Position numbers and translations under genes: made by a program | Assembly (NCBI GenBank): GCA_002633005.1 | Contig: NMRA01000225.1 | Coordinates: 488,547-552,546, forward strand | DNA length: 64,000 nucleotides | Origin: Phoronis australis | Lineage: Eukaryota; Animalia; Phoronida | Direction: 5' to 3' | The notes under the pieces: model-generated | Seen by the model: the letters and a program-made list of their open reading frames with translations, nothing else | The model's database searches: none | Told to the model about the DNA's origin: nothing | Shown here: in pieces, positions 1 through 14,100 of the stretch | Numbering within the stretch: position 1 is the first letter of the stretch | How the letters are laid out: the number at the start of each line of letters is the position of its first letter

Positions 1-1259
1 CTTGTATTATGAAGATTACTCACATTTTGCCCCTAGCCTATTGAGGAGACAAGGACCATGCCTTTCCATTTTGCAAAGTACAACATACTACATATATGCC
101 CTTTACTGGCCACTTTATGGTACCAATAAACAACCGTAGAAGGATACCGTATGCGGTGCAATTGTGGGCGCATTTCAACGCTCTGCGTTGCTCTTGTTTT
201 GAAATTTGGTAAATAAGTTTCTAATAAAGAGGCTGTGACACTTTCCTGGTCAGCTGATGGATTTGTAATGTATGCCACCTAGTGCCCATCTTTATCTTGT
301 GTCCACATAGCATACAATTTTGGCCATTATTTGCCAGACATCCACTGAAATCAATGCTGGTGGCTTTGCTAGTTAATAAATACACTGAACTCAATCTGGC
401 ATTTATCGGATGAGATTCAGCTTAGCCAGCAGAGGGTTTGGCTGTGAACACAAAAGTCTCCAATACAAATCTGCACGGCCTGTTCTCGTAAAATGACTTT
501 TCTTGCCAATAATGTCACTTTAAACACTCAAGACACTACCCAGGGTACGTGTACTGTCTAGTGTTTAGGATGGAAAGCAACCTATTTCTGAACATGCTGC
601 CAGCCATATTGCTTTTGGTGTATCATTATGGTGACATAATAGTTACCAAATTATTGGGTTCAATATTATGTAAATGGTTAATAAAAAATGTTACCTGTTC
701 TCCTGAACTCAAAATCGAAAGTCTGCTTTAATTGGTAAGGAGCATGCTATGAGATATTTTGTAGCTATCATGTCTCACTAAAAACTGTATTCTTGAGTGG
801 TTTGCGATTTTATCATTATTGTACTGAATGACTTAATTCTCCAAATCTTACCTCTAATCTGACTTGTCAATTAAAATGGCTTGTCAGTTTCATGGTTCAG
901 CAGTTATGGCATTCTCTCCTGCCAGACACTGTTGGCACACTATCCCGCCCATATCTTGAAGGGAAACTATTACTGATAGTTGGATGCATAAATCTTTTTG
1001 AAACTATCAGGACTTAGTAAATAGTATTTGAATAATCTTAGTGACAACACAGAGGCCATTAGACTTGTAATGAAGTATTTTAATTGTATCTAGGACTTAA
1101 TCTACAATTCTGCGTTTACGTAGCCCATTATCTACAAAATTGTGGAAATAAACTCTCTAAGATATTAAATTACTAAATTATGTAATTTTGAAACCAGTGC
1201 GGAAATGTATATCGCAAACATTGTCTGCACATAGGTCACGTGATATGGCCTCAGATGGC

Positions 1260-1680
1260 ATGCTGACCAGTCATAAAAATGTTTGAATTTTAATTTAAAA
1301 TCAGTGTGTCATTGGATTGGGTCATGTGACCATGTCGTTTTAAATTAGTAAAACTGAGCAAAGAGGAAAGTACTTCAAAGCAAATTAAAACCAATTTTCA
1401 TTTGAAATAAAGGTTAAGCTGAAATCTCAAAAATGTTGGTAATTTTCTAAACTATCGTATTGTTTTTTATGCAGCTTTTAAGATTTTTCTATTTTTGATA
1501 GCCCCTCATGCAATGTTTGAAAATTCAAAAAAATGTTTCCAAATGACGTTCAGTAGTAGAGTGCACAAAGCATGGTGTGTGAAAGTTTGATGTCAATCCC
1601 ATCAGCCATTTCTGTGATATTACGTGCTGAAGTTCGCCAAATATGGAATTTTGCTATTGTACTACTGATATGGTGGTGGC
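1260..1680 (+). repeat. Degenerate interspersed repeat (second copy at about 8460-8790), probably a non-autonomous DNA transposon
   Basis: Shared blocks tgaaatctcaaaaatg, tatcgt...tttttatgca and gaaagtttgat...atcagccattt in the same order; boundaries approximate. Confidence 0.5.
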
Positions 1681-1729
1681 ACGCGAATGCAAAAAGTGTT
1701 AGCATGTCATTTTTCTGTTGTGTTATCAG

Positions 1730-2146
1730 AGCGTGACATGACTTCCCTAATTAACAGGAATGAGGATGTACGTCTCTCTTTACTCCATCTTGACTCGGTT
1801 CTGGACGAGTATACTGACACTCACCCCCCTCAGCGGGAGGGCTCACTACCCCCTCCTCCCCCTCCGGACTTGGACTACAGCGATGGGAACTTACCACAGA
1901 GATCAGGCTCCATCCTGCCCCCACCCCCAGATCTGGCACCGGGTGAATATTTACCCCAGAGGATGGGGTCTTTACCTCCCCCTCCACCGCCTGAAGATGA
2001 TGGTGTCCTACAGAGAACGGGCTCAGTGCTGCCTCCACCACCCCCTGAGCTTGAAGGGGGTGGCCTGCTGAGGACGGGCTCTGTGCTGCCTCCTCCACCC
2101 TTGGAGGTGGTCTCCCAGAATTCACCACCAGTCACTGCAGACTCGG
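1730..2146 (+). CDS. Actin-regulator exon with five RxGSx(0-1)LPPPP repeats
   Basis: Acceptor ttatcag, donor G|gtatgt, phase 1-1; lies within ORF 1687-2196. Confidence 0.85.
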
Positions 2147-5100
2147 GTATGTGGCTGTCACAAAGTTTTAATTTATTTGATAAGTTTATTAATTAGAATA
2201 CTTTAGTTAGTTGGCTTATGTGCTTAATAACACTTTCTTGAAAAAATAATGGGGCCGCCGATTTGGTCGCACGCTGCTGTGCACGCATTACTTGCCTACT
2301 AACTAACATGTCATTGTTCTATTATTTTCATTTTGAAAACACCTTGTTGTTAATGATAATTGAAAAAAGTCTTTCAATTGTTATTTTTTAGTTTTTATTC
2401 TCTATTACGGAGATTAATCATCTTTGCACAGGTTTTATCATAATTTTCTGTTTATTATTAGCTCGACATTGTTATAAGAGGAAGTGAACATATTTTAGAA
2501 GTCCATCTGACAGCGTGTTGATAAGCACTGAACGTTTATCATTGACTCATCAAACAATTGTTATGTTCTGAAGATTCCATTCTTTATTTAATCTGATATA
2601 TGCGTATGCTTGAAACAGTTCGACTGCTTTTAAATCACCAACCATGAATACCAAGATAAAGACAAAGTTTGATTGTTATGAATGCAGGAAGAAAATGTTG
2701 AAGCAGTAGTTATATCTCACTTGTTGCTCTTTTGTCTTGTGTAGAATACATGGCTATGTACTCTGGTGGAGCAGACTCGCAATTGTATGAGTGTATGGAT
2801 CAACAAAATGTCATGCCGAAGGTAACGGATCAGTGTGCCTGTATTGTCATGTGTCTCTCTCTGTGGGTCTTCACTGCTTGCTATTAATAGTCTTGATACA
2901 AAACTGTAGAAATATACAGCTTTGGAACGATGTAGGTAAAAAGTGGCTAACTTAAATCTGGCAAAAAAGTTAATGTCCTTAAAAACTACCATTTTCCTTA
3001 ATTAGAGCCAATAGTTTATATGAGTGCTAGAAAAGTACTCTTGTGTCATTATTTTGCAGCTAAGTTTGTGGAGCAATCCGCTTTCAGTGCTTTGAAATAG
3101 AGCATCAGATATCAATGAAAGATGTAGTAAAACATTTAGGAAATGGTGCGTGTTTCGAATGTACTGTTTTCAAGTTACAAAAGCCAGAGAAATGACGCTA
3201 GGAAATGATGTTGATTAATATGTCGTTTTTCACATATTAAATGACACTGTAACAGGCAAGGTTAGTGTTGGTTGACTCCCAGATTTTGCTTCGTTTTGGG
3301 CGTCAGCACTATGTGTTAGTGAGGTGACGAGTAGACCTACATGAGTGGTGTGAAATTTCAAGGTCTATAGAAAATTTACACGCATCAATTCCTAGCTGTA
3401 TTCTGCTGCTATAGTCTTCGTGTAGCTAGCTGTCTGGCCATGTTTGCTATAGCCCATGTGACACTTTCAGTTTTCTACTAAACAAATAGATGCTATTATT
3501 TGTTATCTGTTTTGCTGCGTGTTATCACATTTAACAGTTTCCTATTCAGTGTTATGGAGGTAAAGTTAACAGCTGTTTTAATGTTAGAACCTTCGTTATC
3601 CACACTGATCTTTCTGTCTTCACTGTAGTCCTAAATTCTGTAACTAACATTTCACAGTTTCCTTTTAGATTAGACAGAAGTGTGCTCCTGCTCCTCCTAA
3701 ACGTGACCCTAACACTAGACTCTCTCAACCTAACTCTCCTGTGGTGAAGGTTTGTTTCTATTGCCTCGTCTGCTATCATGAAACTAAATTTACCAGTATC
3801 ACACAATAGATTTTGATTGATTAATTTTTGCAATTGTGACAAGCTCCCATTAGTTCAAACTTTCGTTTTTATACTATGTACTTTGTGATGAAGGTGTGAC
3901 AAATGTGTTCTACATTCCAGGACACGACACACCCAGCATCCTCTAGGGGTCCCCCTATGTTCAAGCCCCCTCCCCCTCCAGCGTCCCCTTCGGCCTCATC
4001 CATTCCTCCCCCCTCTCCATCAGGACCGCCACAGTTCAAACCTCCCCCACCACCCACAGCTGTCACAGCTGAAACGCATATACCACCCCCTCCACCATTC
4101 CCTGCACCTCGACCTCCGGTTGCCCTACAAAACCAGCCATCTTCCCAGATCATCTCTAAACACCCACCAGGTCCTGAAGTAGCCCCTCCCGTTCTCCCAA
4201 CACCCTCAGCTCCAGTAGCCTCTCCCACTAAACGCCCACCAGCCCCGTCTGTGGCTCCTCCCCCTCTGCCATCCAATATTCCATCTGTTAAACCTCCTCC
4301 CTCTACACTTTCCACGTCAGACCAGCCAACACCTCCTGTCTCCATGTTTGGTCCACGCGTTGTTGGCAAGAAGCCTATGAAGCAGCAGCCTCTGACTTCT
4401 GGAATATCTTCATCGCAGAGCCTGATTAAAAAACTCCAGAAGAGGCGAGAACGAAGTGAAGAGACTCTGGAGGATCAGTCCACTTCATCAAGTGGGCTAC
4501 CTGCTCCTCCGCCACCATCTCCACCTGTCCCCTCTGTGACACTGCCACCACCCCATCCTGCTGTTCCATCGACGCTGTCAAGTGCTGTATTACCCAGTAA
4601 ATCTACAGAGCCCAGGGTACCCATAACAGTCCCTGTGGCAGGCCCTGGGGCACCACTCCCCCCTCCACCAGCTCCATCTATAGTTGCCCAAACCCTGGGC
4701 CCACCAGCCCCACCTTCTGTACCACCACCATCAGCCCCACTCCCCCCTCCACCAGCTCCACCTATAACTGCTCAGACCCTGGGCCCACCAGCCCCACCTG
4801 TACCACCACCATCAGTACCAATGCCTCCCACTCCACCGTTGGCTTCGCTTCCACATCCCCCTCCACCTCCATCAATACCAGCCCCTCCTCCCCCTCCATC
4901 AACATCAGCCCCTCCTCCCCCTCCCCCTCCCCCCATGGGCATTGTTCCACCTCCACCATCCACTAAAGCTCCTTCAGCTGCAGTGACACCTGGTGGTCTT
5001 CTTGCTGGACTTGCAAACGTTGAGCTAAAGAAAGTTTNCCAGCCCCTCCTCCCCTTCCATCAACATCAGCCCCTCCTCCCCCTCCCCCTCCCCCCATGGG

Positions 5101-8100
5101 CATTGTTCCACCTCCACCATCCACTAAAGCTCCTTCAGCTGCAGTGACACCTGGTGGTCTTCTTGCTGGACTTGCAAACGTTGAGCTAAAGAAAGTTTCA
5201 CAGAGTTCTGAAGGTCAGTTTGTTTGCTTAATAATGTTGAGAAATAAAAGTTGGCAAAATGTTAAAGGATATTTTTTTTCTTAGTTGAAACTGCATCATA
5301 GATTGAAAGATATCTCTTGTTCGTTTTTACTGACTCAGAGTGACTTTAAAGTTCATAACGAGTGAAGTTCAGTGCCATTCAATGGTAGTGGCCATTTTGT
5401 TGGTGCACTGACAGAAATTCTGTATTAAGATCTGTTTGTTTTGAAAAAGAAAGAATTTGTAGTTGATAGAGCATTATTCAAAAATTGATTGTGACTAAAT
5501 CAATATGAAACTTGTCTTGTGAAGGTTTTGACAGGAATAAAGCAGCAAAGAGACTTACACGGTCGTCTCTAACGTTTTCTGTACGTGAGCAAACTGTGAA
5601 AATAAAATCAGTGTAACCAATTTGCAATTGTTTGCTACAGTTCTGTAAAACATGAAAAAATAAACAATCATGTAAAATCATGTAATTGCTCCGGTTTATA
5701 CACGTAGCTCCACCAAAATATCTTGCATTCTCTCGCACCATTAGTGACATAAGGTAGGCAAGTTTCCAATATCCTCTTTTTCAAAGTTGACACAGGCTTA
5801 GTCTAATTGTTTTATGTTGGTATGTCTAATTTGTTCTTGATTACTAGACGTGTACAATCAATGTTACTAGTAAAAGGTCTGTTTACTGTATTGATGTTGT
5901 CCATCTGATGTCTGCAGTGGCTAATACTGTTGTGTCTGTGTATCACAACTCATTCAGTTCCACCTAAGTGTCAGTGGCCCAGCCTACATCATAATAGGGA
6001 CTAATCCTGTCTCATGGTTGTGCAACGTACCATCAATTTTGAAAACTGACGAGTGCCTCCATTTTGGAAATAACCCCTGTAAGATATAGACTAAGTGTAG
6101 ACTTAAATTTCCCTGGTCAAACACTGACTACTGCTTAAAACTATCCGATTCTGTTAAAAGTCGCACGTTTCGTAGCTGTAAAGTACATTGTATATAGCTT
6201 GAATTTCAAACAAAGCCTGTGAATGATGGTTTTACTGCTTTGCACTCCATCGGCGGACTGAAGAGTTCACTTCTCCGTGTACTGTTCACAAATTGCAGAG
6301 AATCTGTCCTGAAACCATGCACCTCCAGTACATATTTCCTCTGGAGCAGGTTGTTCTCGTTTATACAGTTATGTGACTTACTCCTGGCCTTGTCTACTGC
6401 TGTCCACTGGTGCCGTATTTAAGCTTATAGCTTCCAAAATGCATTATTGAACTCTCCGAGATCAATATTTATGAATGTATCGAATACCTTCTTACTCAGA
6501 GGGCCGATCAACCTTAAACTAACAATAGACATCCACACTTGTTTGTCAATACATGGGTTTAATTATTCATTGTTCGGGGAAGTGTTTGCTTTAATGCATA
6601 GAGAAGAATGGATACATAATTGATACTTGATCAATGAATGCTGAGATTCAAAGCCTGTGATGGCTTATGCCATATAAAGGTGAAGTAATTGATTATTACC
6701 TGGACAGTAGCTTGTCTTCAGGTGGTGAGCCGCTTGTTGCTTCATTATTGAATTGCCTGTCTCCTAGACCAAACAGTTGCAAATTGGAGGTAAATGTTAA
6801 AATTAAGCACGTATTCAGTGTAACTTCGCAAAAGCACACGGTGTGGGTTTTTTGCGTTGGCATAGACTATAACTGTTGAAGCTTTTTGTAGTTTGTTTGT
6901 TTACGTCGAATTCTGTTTGATTTGGGCACTTCCAAAGTGTTTGGAGTAAGTGAATTTTTGCGTACGCACATGGTGTAATCGGCACATTAACTATTGACTC
7001 TTGATTGGAAACTCTGGAATCGCTAATGTATGGTCAGCTATAATGTCCTGGACAGAACTAACAGTTTACAGTAGAGATGCTTTTAATGAGGGCTCATTAA
7101 GATTGTCTGCTATTATCTGTCATTTAATGTTATTGTCCATAGCATTGCGTGGAATGTTTGCATTTGTTACACAGGTGTTCCAACAACAGCAGATCGCTAA
7201 AAATGACATAGTATTTGTATGATAAATAGTTCTGATTATCAATTGATTCCTCTGTATTTTGTGCTGTGCAGACAAATCTGTGACCATGAACCACCAAACA
7301 GGGCAGCAACATGTATTTGTGGGTTTGTACATGTTGATATTTGGCGTTTATCTACTTTTAAAACTCTGGTCCCTTCGGCATATATCACTATGTGTAGATC
7401 AATCAATGTTTATTGTGATTGAAATGTGAGGTCAATGTTGATTGTTATCGGCTTCCGTTTACTAGGAAGTTTGTGTCCTGTTACTTTGATGATCAAGATC
7501 CGTGTTTAGTTTCACTAAGTACTGTTACATGATAATAAATACATTAGATGAATATTAGATGACTATAGTGTCGTAAATAGCATTAAAATCTGATACAGTC
7601 TCTTCTTTGGTATTCAGTGTTTTGTCTGAATTCCTTTGTGTTTTAAGGTTGATTTGACGCAGTGTTGTTGCATTGCATAAAATGTACTGAAGACTGGCTT
7701 TTTAGTAAGTGATTGTAAGGAAATGGTCAGGTTGTTTTTGATAAGTTTATTTAGCGTTGAGTGCTCGTTGTCCTCACTTTCGTTATATCCAATGTCCAAT
7801 TGTATAGTCAAAACACATTACCGTTATGCATATAGTTAAATAACATTAGGAAGATGCTGACTAGCGCGTTCCTTATTGCCTGTTGTCGACACAATTACTG
7901 CCATCTAGTGACCTTGTATGTAGGTCCTAGTATTGCTAAACACGTCTTTGTTTTATATTTGACAATAGAGAGAAGTGCGGCTGCGACTGATCTCCAAAAT
8001 TCACTCATCGCCCAGCTACAAACTGGCATTCAGCTCAAGCGTAGTCCCGGCCCAAGGATACGAGATATACACCGAGACGGTGAGGAGTTTTTCGGCCATT

Positions 8101-11100
8101 ATTTTTTATTCACCCTAGTGATCCCAGTAAGGTATAATTTGAAGAGCAACAATCACTGCCTTCAAATTTGCATTTTGATGTTGGAGTAGGATTGGTCACA
8201 GAAGACTGTGTTTAAGTATGTTGTCTGTGTTCTTTTGAACACCTAACATTCACTTAATGCAGTCATTTTATTACATCTCGCAATTTCCTAGAAACTCAAT
8301 TTGGCATCGATCCTGGTTATATACCAAAAGCAGTCAAAGCTATTTTGGCTCAAGGTTGTGTAGGTCCTTGTTGACAAATCTGCAAATATATACAAAACTA
8401 TAGATTTCAACTTAGTTAAAATGTAATATCTGAGAATAAAAGCCTGTAGAATTTGATTTTTAACTTTTTGCTTATCTGACATTAATTGGGTCACATAACA
8501 CCATATATTTTAGTGCAGTTTAGCAAAAATGAAGGCATACTTATAGCAAAACAACAACATTGGCAATACAATATTATTTATTTGATAAAACTAACTTTTA
8601 AAAAATGAAATCTCAAAAATGCTGTATCGCAGTTTTCTGAAATATCGTCTCATTTTTTTATGCAAGTATGGGCTTGTTTCCCAAGAACTTAAAAACAATT
8701 TGTATTAACGTTTTGCAAAACGCTACAAAAAGCATAGTATCTGAAAGTTTGATAGGAATCTAATCAGCCATTTTTGAGATACAGTGTTTTGGACATTATT
8801 TTCTTGGGTCCTCATATCGTTATTAATTTCCCAACCATTAAAACTCAAACTAAACATGAGACAATTTATTATCCCAAAATGCTGCGTTTAAGCTGCAACA
8901 AAACCCTAGTATTCACTAAACTGGTAGAAAAATTAAATGGTTTCTTTTCTTGCATTCGGGGCTTGAGTAAGTTTCCTATAAAATGTAAACTTCACTCTCC
9001 ATTAAATACAATTTTCTCCAAACTATTATGCATTCCCTGTGGTGTATTCCTTGTTATCTTTTCACCTGTCTCAGTATTGTCTTAGAATGATTACTGTCAA
9101 GGTTATGAAATCAAAATATCCAACCTCGGTACAAGTAAACTCAAATGTAAGACCGTTTAGAGTAGTCCATCGCTACAAGCAACTGGACTGAAACTGTTGG
9201 CCTTGAGTCGATTTGTCATCAGCTGTATTTTCAGAGTCTGTTCAAGATTCCATTGACTGTCATAGTTTGTGTGTTTGGTGTGACTAAAGCACAGTACACC
9301 TGAGTGCAATATGCATGGTGAATTTAAAAATTTAGTGTGCATTTAGGGCTTGACTATCCACTGATCCACAGGGGTAATGAAACAATTATCTTCTCAGCCA
9401 GGAACGTAAACCCTTTGTTGAACTCTGTTTACTTTCATGGACAAACTGCTACAATTGTATGACTAAGGAGAGGGTTCACAAAGAACTACAATCACTGATC
9501 TTGCACGTCAATTTCAAAAGGTCTACTGGGTGTGAATTACACCTTGATTTTCAAACTTCTGTAAAATTCTTAGCTTCTATGTGGACCAGTTATTCCCTCC
9601 TACCCTGGAATGTAACTTTCACGTTTTAACCAAAATGCATGCACTGACTACCATTACCAAGGTACACACTTGTGTATTATTACCTCAGTGTTGCCATCAA
9701 TCACACTTAATGCAGTTGTAGGTGATAGACAAGTGCTGCATGCACTAATACCTGTTCTGTTTCTAACAGACACTAAGAAGGCCCAGAAGAATACTATGGA
9801 AGGACCTGAAGACCCGGGTGTGACCACAGTGGTGGAGGCTGGCAGTGATACACGTGAGTATTTAATATTCATTGTACGCATAATGACATGATTGTAGAAA
9901 GACGGAAATTCCACATTTGCATCCCAAAGAAGAGATTTTTATGGAGATTTCTTGTCTAGCTGCAGTGTGTCACAGACTGAGGCCAAGGATGATACTAGGT
10001 CACGTAGATTGACGGAGAGCATGGACCTAATACGAGAGGTCGAATGTGTATTTGCTTCATATTGATACAGCCACTGAAGTTCCTTTCTATTGTCTTTTAT
10101 TACCATACCTTTACCTGCTTTGAGGTATCATCACCATCTCTATTCATTTTGTTTACGACGGACAATTTTTTTATGCTTTTGTCAGCATGCTATTTATTGG
10201 TCAAGGCCCTGGTCTAACGTAGTTCTTGAAAGCGGACTCAAAATTATTTTCGACATTTTCCATTCTACTGTAATGTGAAAGCGAGATGAATGTCTGTTGG
10301 TTCCTGCTTGAGTACGGTGACACTGTCTAAATGACTGTCTAACCCGAATTTGTACTTGATGACCGCTGCGTTAGCATTGGCTACAAGTGATTCTGTACTC
10401 AAAATTTTAGTTTTTTTCTGGAAATCTCGAGTTTTTATTTGAGTTTTTAGCCTGAATCTAGGGGTCATCAAGTGCTAACTTGGATTAAAAATGTGTTTGC
10501 ATAAACCGTAATGTACTTACAAGCACAAAATGAAACATTTGATTATCTTGAGTTCATTATAATGAAAGCAGAGTGAAAAATGTTTGGAGATTAGCCCGAC
10601 CTATCGGAAGTTATCGTGCTGCATTTTAGCCAATCAGAGACAAAAGGCAGTGGTCTTGTTTGTTCCTTACCTCGTTGATTCTAGTTTGGTTTCCCCCAAA
10701 CCAGCTAGCTAGCAAACTGGAGACGACACTTGTACAAGCTGACCAATGAAACATTTGTGCAATTTAACCAATGACATATTTATGCAATTCAACGCATTTG
10801 CATGTTTTAGAGATAGTTGAAGCAACAATTTAATAATTCACAAATCACTGTGCATATGACTTCTTGCTCTTTCGAAGAGGTCAGTCACAGGATGCTTTCT
10901 GTTAGTGAGCTCTGCGTTGTTTTGAAATGTCGAGTCTTGCTGTGTCCAAAGAGGCACTTGATTGTACTCCACAAATCTCTGCCAAATTCTAGACAACTAT
11001 GTCATTTGCTCGTGGAATCAGTATTCACTTTTCAGGAACAATACCTGTACATATTCCGAGGGTTAAAAGTACTTCCCAGTGTATTTCAAGTCATTTTCCT

Positions 11101-14100
11101 ACGACAGGAAGAAACACAAAGTGGTTGTTATGAATTATCATCCTGAGCTGCTATCTGTAGAACCAAAACATTAGCCATGCACTTGGGGTGAGAAATCTTT
11201 GGCTATGGAAGTGAAACAGTGAATTCTGTTCCATAGTTTGTAATTCTATCCCACAATTCAACATGATTCCATGCTCACCAGCCAATCACTTCAATTTGCG
11301 TGGGTACACGTCTAGTCAATTGAGGTCATTAGTGTACACTTACCTTTCACTTGCGTGACTGTGCAGTCTTACGTGATCTCGCTTTGCTTAATAGAAACTT
11401 GGTCTACGGAAAGCAGCCATTTGCTATCAGCTACTCTTTCTTTCAAATGGCTTATCTCAGCACATTTCTCATTTTTCTCACAATGATCACCATGTCGTAT
11501 GTTCAGATTTATATGCTTTAGTTTACAGATACATTATATTGACAAACTAACAGGATGTATAAAAAGTAAATTGTGTAGTTAGCTGAGTGTAATATTTAAC
11601 TTCCATATAGCGCAAAGTGTGGACTTAAAACCTGCTGATATGCAGTGTGACAGCTATGAACCTGCTGACTGTAGTAAGACATCTGATGATGAGCCCCCGA
11701 GTGAGCCACCTCCACCGCCCCCTGTGGAGAACGGTGACGCTAAGAGTGAGGCTAGTGATGCCGAGAGTGGGGAGGATCCTGGACCCACGGACACACCAGA
11801 GATTGATGACACTGTGTCACACAATGGTTGGTGTTGACTGGTGTGACTTGCTGTTGCAATCAAGTGATTCATTTGGTTTTTTTTATTTCAGCTTATTAAT
11901 TTGATTTCCGCAGTAATGGTTCCTCAATTTGTATTGAAATAATTGGGAAATATTATTTTTTCCATTTTTCAAATGCACACGCATTACATCATGTTAAAGT
12001 GCACATAGTTGCACTATGTGTTGGTTCATGCCAGCTAATCAATACAATGAGATGGGGTTAAGCTTTTGTTCCCATTTAACTTTGTTGAGAAGTTTGATAG
12101 TTTATAAACAGAAATAAGTTCACTTTTCGGCCATTCATCTTCTAAAATTGAAGAACCTAACTCTTAATTTAGCGGTTTCCTCTATACTTTTCTTAATGAC
12201 AGTTTTACAGACTTGTTGCTGTGGTGTATTACTGCACGTTATTGATTTCCAGTCTCACGTCCACTCTTGTGTGAATGTGTGGGCGTGCGTTTTACGTTCA
12301 CTGCTCTCCGCATGTTGCGTCTTCTACAACAGGTCCCCATGTATCTGGTGAACTCATAGACCTGCCACAACCATTTACACTGTCTATCCATTGTGCTTGC
12401 TATTATGTTTTTGCCAGACTTAAAAAGGATTTAATTTTTAGGCATGACATTTTCAATCAAGTGAAGCTTAAGCGTAAAACATGGGCTTGTCTTTGGTCAA
12501 GCAACTAAAGAGACTACATCCATTCTAGCACTTCCTTGTTATTTTATTGATCGTCTGCAATTCTTTGATCTTGAACCCTTTCCTCCACAATGCCGTTCTT
12601 GAATCGAATCCTTCATATATCTGACTAAGTCTTCTACATTCCATTGGAATGATTTCAGATTTTGTTGTGGCTTTGTACTGCACAGAAATCTCTTAATACC
12701 TTAGATAGATCAATATATGGTATTGGGATTCTGCTTGATGGAACATTGGCCATTATGTGAACTTAGGCATGCGAGAAATGTAGGACATCTGTGCTGGCTG
12801 GCTGGCTGTTTTATGGTCCATAATGCATTCTTTACAGGATAGTTGACTTCGCCTTTTCCACTTGTACTTTGGGGAGGGTTGTCCTGTTCATTTAAATATT
12901 TAATAGTGCCATGTATATTATCATAGAACTGAACTGGTCTTGGTTTTGGTCTGCACTTGACTCATTTCAAAACCTACACCTCAAAGCTGGCACCTGAGAT
13001 GACGCTGGGTAAAATAGAAGGACCTCGAACCGTTTCAGTTGGCATTAGCTCATTTTTTGTTGTTGAAAGTACAAACAACTGTACATGAGGATGTCAGTAC
13101 TGGTAAAATGACTGCATAATGAGGATCATGGGAAGGTTAGAGTTGCGAACACATTATAGCCCATTGAATTCAGTCTGGTTACCTGGGCTGGTTGGTCCCT
13201 TATGACTCCATGTGCCTGCTGACTGTTGGCAGCCTAGCCTATGGGCTGTCAATTTGGAGGGAATGGGTTGATTGAAACTTTCGATTCAATTGACAAATAA
13301 AGTTAATTGCCGGGCTTTGGTTTGACCTTTCATCAGTTCTTATCAGGTACTTCATGAGAAATAATGCATCACTGGAGTAATTTTCAGAAAGAAACACTGA
13401 CCAGTCCTATGATTTTCCTTAACTTAATCATTGAATACTATGTTAAAGGTTACTGTTGGAATGTATTACTTGCACATACCTCTCTGATGTCCGATTCGAC
13501 AGCACAAACAATTATACACAACCTATAATATCTCCATTGTTGTTTTTACCAGTTCACTGGACTTGAGGAAGTCACAAGCGTGGTTATCAGAACATTGCAG
13601 AAACATTCACTCACTGTTTTTATTAATAAAGCCTATTTTTCTTTGTGCTGCCAGAGGATAAAGTTGAAATTGCAAAGGATACAAACAACATCATAATTGT
13701 GAATGGATCAGGTTAGTAGTCATTTAAATATTTTAACGGTTGACCGTTTATTGCTACCGGAGAACAAAGAGTTTAGTTAGATGCGATAAAAATGGGGACT
13801 TGCTGTATGTAAATTACAAGTAACAGAACCTCAAATGTTGCTTAATGATATCTAAACAGTGCAATCCATGATAGTTATAGAGAGAGAAATTTTACATAAT
13901 AGAATTTCCCTTGTAAGCCATATTGTGCTGCATACATGATTATAGCAGTACTGTAGTTACTGTTAGCGATCCACATAAAAACATGGAGTATACAAGTGAA
14001 ACTTTTGATGACTCATGGGAACAGCAATATTTCCTATACATGTAGGTGTTGTGTGTACCTTAGTCTATGTTAAATTAATTATTAATTGTCCGTCAATGTT

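Noticed and set aside
3869-4963. Gly-rich minus-strand ORFs (also 1751-2135 and 11654-11872)
   Set aside because: They are antisense shadows of Pro-rich + strand exons.
9960-10008. Extra exon (SQTEAKDDT) in the actin-regulator gene
   Set aside because: Available acceptor and donor phases do not match the phase-1 neighbours.
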